A DNA stretch of 64,000 bases from Candidatus Marinacidobacterales bacterium (lineage in GTDB: Bacteria; Acidobacteriota; Vicinamibacteria; Marinacidobacterales; SMYC01), in the NCBI GenBank assembly GCA_965224085.1, contig CBDCYI010000005.1:1-64000 (forward strand), given 5' to 3'. A program made the translations under genes and the position numbers. This document shows, in pieces, positions 61,455 through 64,000 of this stretch. Under the pieces are notes generated by a model that saw nothing but the letters and a program-made list of their open reading frames with translations, did no database searches and was not told the origin of the DNA. Within the stretch, counting starts at the first letter, position 1. Every line of letters starts with the position of its first letter.

Positions 61455-61642
61455 AATCCGTTTCGCGAGGCTCCGCTCAAACACGAGCCCGCACTTCAAA
61501 CCTGCGGGATCGCACTCGCGGACGAGGACCCGGCCGATCGCTTCCTCCTCGCAACGGCGACACGGCCCGTGACCTCACTCTCGTGACTGGAGATGAAAGG
61601 TCTCTCGAGGAAACGGGGTATTCAGTGGCGCCAAACGATTGA
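61455..61642 (+). pseudogene. C-terminal remnant of a PIN/VapC toxin, frameshifted
   Basis: FREAPL.HE.AL...DPADRFLLATA / DLTLVTGDE in two frames. Confidence 0.65.
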
Positions 61643-61678
61643 AGCGGCCTTAGTCCCGCGGTCTAGAAAATGTACCCG

Positions 61679-62683
61679 TCAATCACCGCTGAGGACTTCG
61701 CGGATGGAATAAGAGGGGCGCGCGCCGCTTTCTTGATTCAGTCTGACGAGAAGCTCCCCGACTAGGCCCAAGCTCACGAGTTGTAGGCCACCCAGCATCA
61801 ATAAGCTCGCCAGCAACAAGAGCGGTCGTCCACCAATCGGCTGTCCCAGCCCGAATTTGACCCAGGTCAAATAAGCCCCAAAGGAAACACCCACGAGGCC
61901 CATGAGTAGGCCTGCGGAGCCGAAGATCTGGAGCGGACGGCTCGCATAGCTCAGAAGGAACTTGACGGTCATAAGGTCGAGGACCACGCGCAAGGTTCGC
62001 GTGATTCCGTATTTTGACTCGCCCTGGCTTCGCGCGCGGTGACCGACGACAACTTCGTCGATCGAAACGCCGATGCTGCTCGCGACGGCGGGAATGAAGC
62101 GGTGCATCTCGCCATAGAGATGCAAGTTCTTGACGACATCCGAACGGAACGCTTTGAGCGTGCAGCCGTAGTCGTGCAGACGCACTCCCGTCGTGACCGA
62201 GATCAACCAATTAGCGATCGTCGATGGCAGGACGCGTGACACGAACGGGTCTTTCCGATCCTTTCGCCAACCGCACACGATGTCGAAGCCTGCGTCGAGC
62301 CTCTCGACCAAACGAGGGATATCCGCGGGCTCGTTTTGTAGATCCGCGTCGAGGGTCACGATGACCGGCGCGCGCGCTTCGGCAAAGCCGGCTGCGAGAG
62401 CCGCTGTTTGGCCGAAATTTTTTCGGAAACGGACGACCCGAACGCGTGGGTCCCGATGATTTAGCGCGCTCAAGAGCGCAAAGCTCGCATCCGTGCTGCC
62501 GTCATCGATGAACACGATCTCGTAAGTGCGCCCGTGGGGCTCGAGCACTTCGGTAATCTCGCGATAGAGGTTCGGTAAGTTCCCCTCTTCGTTATAGACC
62601 GGGATGACGAGAGAAATCTCAGGTACGGTCAAAGGTTTCGACACCTGTGTGGACGGCGTCCGCGTCTCCGCCTCGGAAGTCAT
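61679..62683 (-). CDS. Glycosyltransferase family 2 (polyprenol-phosphate GT, ArnC/GtrB-like)
   Basis: VIPVYNEE, DDGSTD, RKNFGQTAA, DADLQN, LHDYGCTLKA, two C-terminal TM segments. Confidence 0.93.
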   Translation of the reverse strand: MTSEAETRTPSTQVSKPLTVPEISLVIPVYNEEGNLPNLYREITEVLEPHGRTYEIVFIDDGSTDASFALLSALNHRDPRVRVVRFRKNFGQTAALAAGFAEARAPVIVTLDADLQNEPADIPRLVERLDAGFDIVCGWRKDRKDPFVSRVLPSTIANWLISVTTGVRLHDYGCTLKAFRSDVVKNLHLYGEMHRFIPAVASSIGVSIDEVVVGHRARSQGESKYGITRTLRVVLDLMTVKFLLSYASRPLQIFGSAGLLMGLVGVSFGAYLTWVKFGLGQPIGGRPLLLLASLLMLGGLQLVSLGLVGELLVRLNQESGARPSYSIREVLSGD

Positions 62684-62689
62684 AGCGAA

Positions 62690-62699
62690 AGTATATACT
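62690..62699. promoter_or_regulatory. Palindromic bidirectional -10 element
   Basis: AGTATATACT gives TATACT on both strands, 6 nt before the GT2 ATG and upstream of the gatC RBS. Confidence 0.55.
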
Positions 62700-62719
62700 A
62701 GCGCTGCTCAGGAGTAAGT

Positions 62720-63025
62720 ATGGAGAAGCTCGACGATCGTGAAGTGCGGAAGCTCGCCGAGCTCGCGCATATAGCTCTCACGGACGACGAGCGCGCGGGC
62801 TTTCGAGGGCAGCTCGAGGCGTTCCTGGGCTACGCTGAGCGCATCCAAGCGCTCGACACGGACGGCGTCGAGCCGACGTCCAGAGCACTTCTCGAAGTAG
62901 GCTTCGGAGGCGGGAGCCGACTCCGCGACGATCGCCCGAACGAGAGTCTCGACCGAAAGGCCGTTCTCGACCAGAGTCCCGACGGGAGCGACGGCTTGTT
63001 CAAAGTTCCCAAGGTGTTACCTTGA
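62720..63025 (+). CDS. gatC: Asp/Glu-tRNA amidotransferase subunit C
   Basis: VRKLAELAHI, LDTDGVEPT, LRDD, FKVPKVL. Confidence 0.93.
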   Translation: MEKLDDREVRKLAELAHIALTDDERAGFRGQLEAFLGYAERIQALDTDGVEPTSRALLEVGFGGGSRLRDDRPNESLDRKAVLDQSPDGSDGLFKVPKVLP

Positions 63026-64000
63026 CGCTTTGGCAAGAGACCGTTACTTCCCTCTCGCGAAAGCTTCGAGCCGGCGAGCTCTCTGCGGCAGAGACGACGC
63101 GAGCTTTTGCGGAGCGCATCGAGAGCGTCGACCCCTCCCTCGACGCGTTCCTCGATCCCATGACCGCGGTGGCCACCGAGCGAGCACAGGCACTCGACGC
63201 GCTCGTCGAAAGTGAACGCGGCCCGCTCCACGGCGTTCCCATCGCCGTAAAGGACATCATCTCCGTCGCGGGAAGCCGCTGCACTTGTGGCTCGCGCATT
63301 CTCGAGCATTACATCCCCGTTTACGACGCCACCGTCGTCGAACGTCTCCATGCGGCCGGTGCCGTCGTGCTCGGAAAGACCAACATGGACGAGTTCGCGA
63401 TGGGCTCGTCGACGGAGAACTCCGCTTTCAAAACGACGAAGAATCCGTGGAATATCGAGCGCGTTCCCGGAGGCTCGAGTGGCGGCTCTGCAGCCGCGGT
63501 GGCTGCCCGCCTTGCCCCTGGCGCGCTCGGAACCGATACGGGCGGCTCTATCCGCCAACCGGCCGCGCTCTGCGGCGTCGTCGGGCTCAAGCCGACGTAC
63601 GGGCGCGTGTCACGCTACGGTTTGGTGGCTTTTGCATCCTCGCTCGACCAGATCGGACCCATGAGTCAAACGGTCGAGGATGCCGCTCTTCTTCTCGAAA
63701 CGCTCGCCGGGAACGACCCGAAAGACGCTACCTGCGCCACCCGCCCGGTTCCGCGCTATTCGCGAGAGCTCGACGCCGACGTCGCGAAACTCCGCCTGGG
63801 AATCCCAAAGACCGCGACGAGCGAAGGTATCGATGAGAGCGTCCGGGCGTGCTTCGACGACGCCGTGCGGCTTTTCGAATCCCTTGGTGTCGAGACCGAA
63901 GCCATCGAGCTCCCCTCCGCCGAGCACGCGGTCGCCTGTTACTACTTGCTCGCCACGGCCGAAGCGAGCTCCAACCTCGCGCGCTATGAAGGGGTGCGCT
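63022..64000 (+). CDS. gatA: Asp/Glu-tRNA amidotransferase subunit A (runs off the window)
   Basis: TTG overlapping the gatC stop. GPLHGVPIAVKD, GKTNMDEFAMGSSTENS, PGGSSGGSAA, AEASSNLARY. Confidence 0.95.
   Translation, partial: MTLWQETVTSLSRKLRAGELSAAETTRAFAERIESVDPSLDAFLDPMTAVATERAQALDALVESERGPLHGVPIAVKDIISVAGSRCTCGSRILEHYIPVYDATVVERLHAAGAVVLGKTNMDEFAMGSSTENSAFKTTKNPWNIERVPGGSSGGSAAAVAARLAPGALGTDTGGSIRQPAALCGVVGLKPTYGRVSRYGLVAFASSLDQIGPMSQTVEDAALLLETLAGNDPKDATCATRPVPRYSRELDADVAKLRLGIPKTATSEGIDESVRACFDDAVRLFESLGVETEAIELPSAEHAVACYYLLATAEASSNLARYEGVR

Noticed and set aside
1-64000. CRISPR array, cas genes, rRNA, intact tRNA, prophage
   Set aside because: No regularly spaced repeats or recognisable motifs seen by eye. 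A covariance-model scan was not possible.

Overview
GC-rich bacterial DNA. Gene content (Oar-like TonB receptor, FHA/DUF4388 protein, PEP-CTERM PrsK/PrsR) resembles Acidobacteriota, which is an inference only. Single-base frameshifts in otherwise intact genes, several in homopolymer runs, suggest an error-prone long-read assembly, so pseudogene calls need read-level checks. Layout: (1) 1-5433, a stack of ISNCY/IS5-like elements abutting at CTAG sites, including an in-frame chimeric element that is an inverted circular permutation of 385-2250. (2) 5.5-14.7 kb, surface-glycan genes (AsnB amidotransferase, DUF354, DegT aminotransferase, WbpB-WbpD-like fusion, SGNH protein, GT4) plus an orphan Flp pilin. 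(3) 15-33 kb, transport and housekeeping genes with several gene remnants. (4) 33-47 kb, an IS903-group element, then an exopolysaccharide-modification region: deacetylase, GNAT, a CAD-like carA/truncated carB divergent from a carbamoyltransferase-SxtJ-SxtK triad, PEP-CTERM sugar transferase, nucleotide-sugar dehydrogenase, prsK/prsR. (5) 47-64 kb, mixed genes, an epimerase-acyltransferase-radical SAM-AsnB operon divergent from two paralogous unknown lipoproteins, a REP-interrupted tRNA-Leu remnant, GT2 and gatCA. No CRISPR array, rRNA or intact tRNA was seen. Family assignments come from motif recognition, not database searches.
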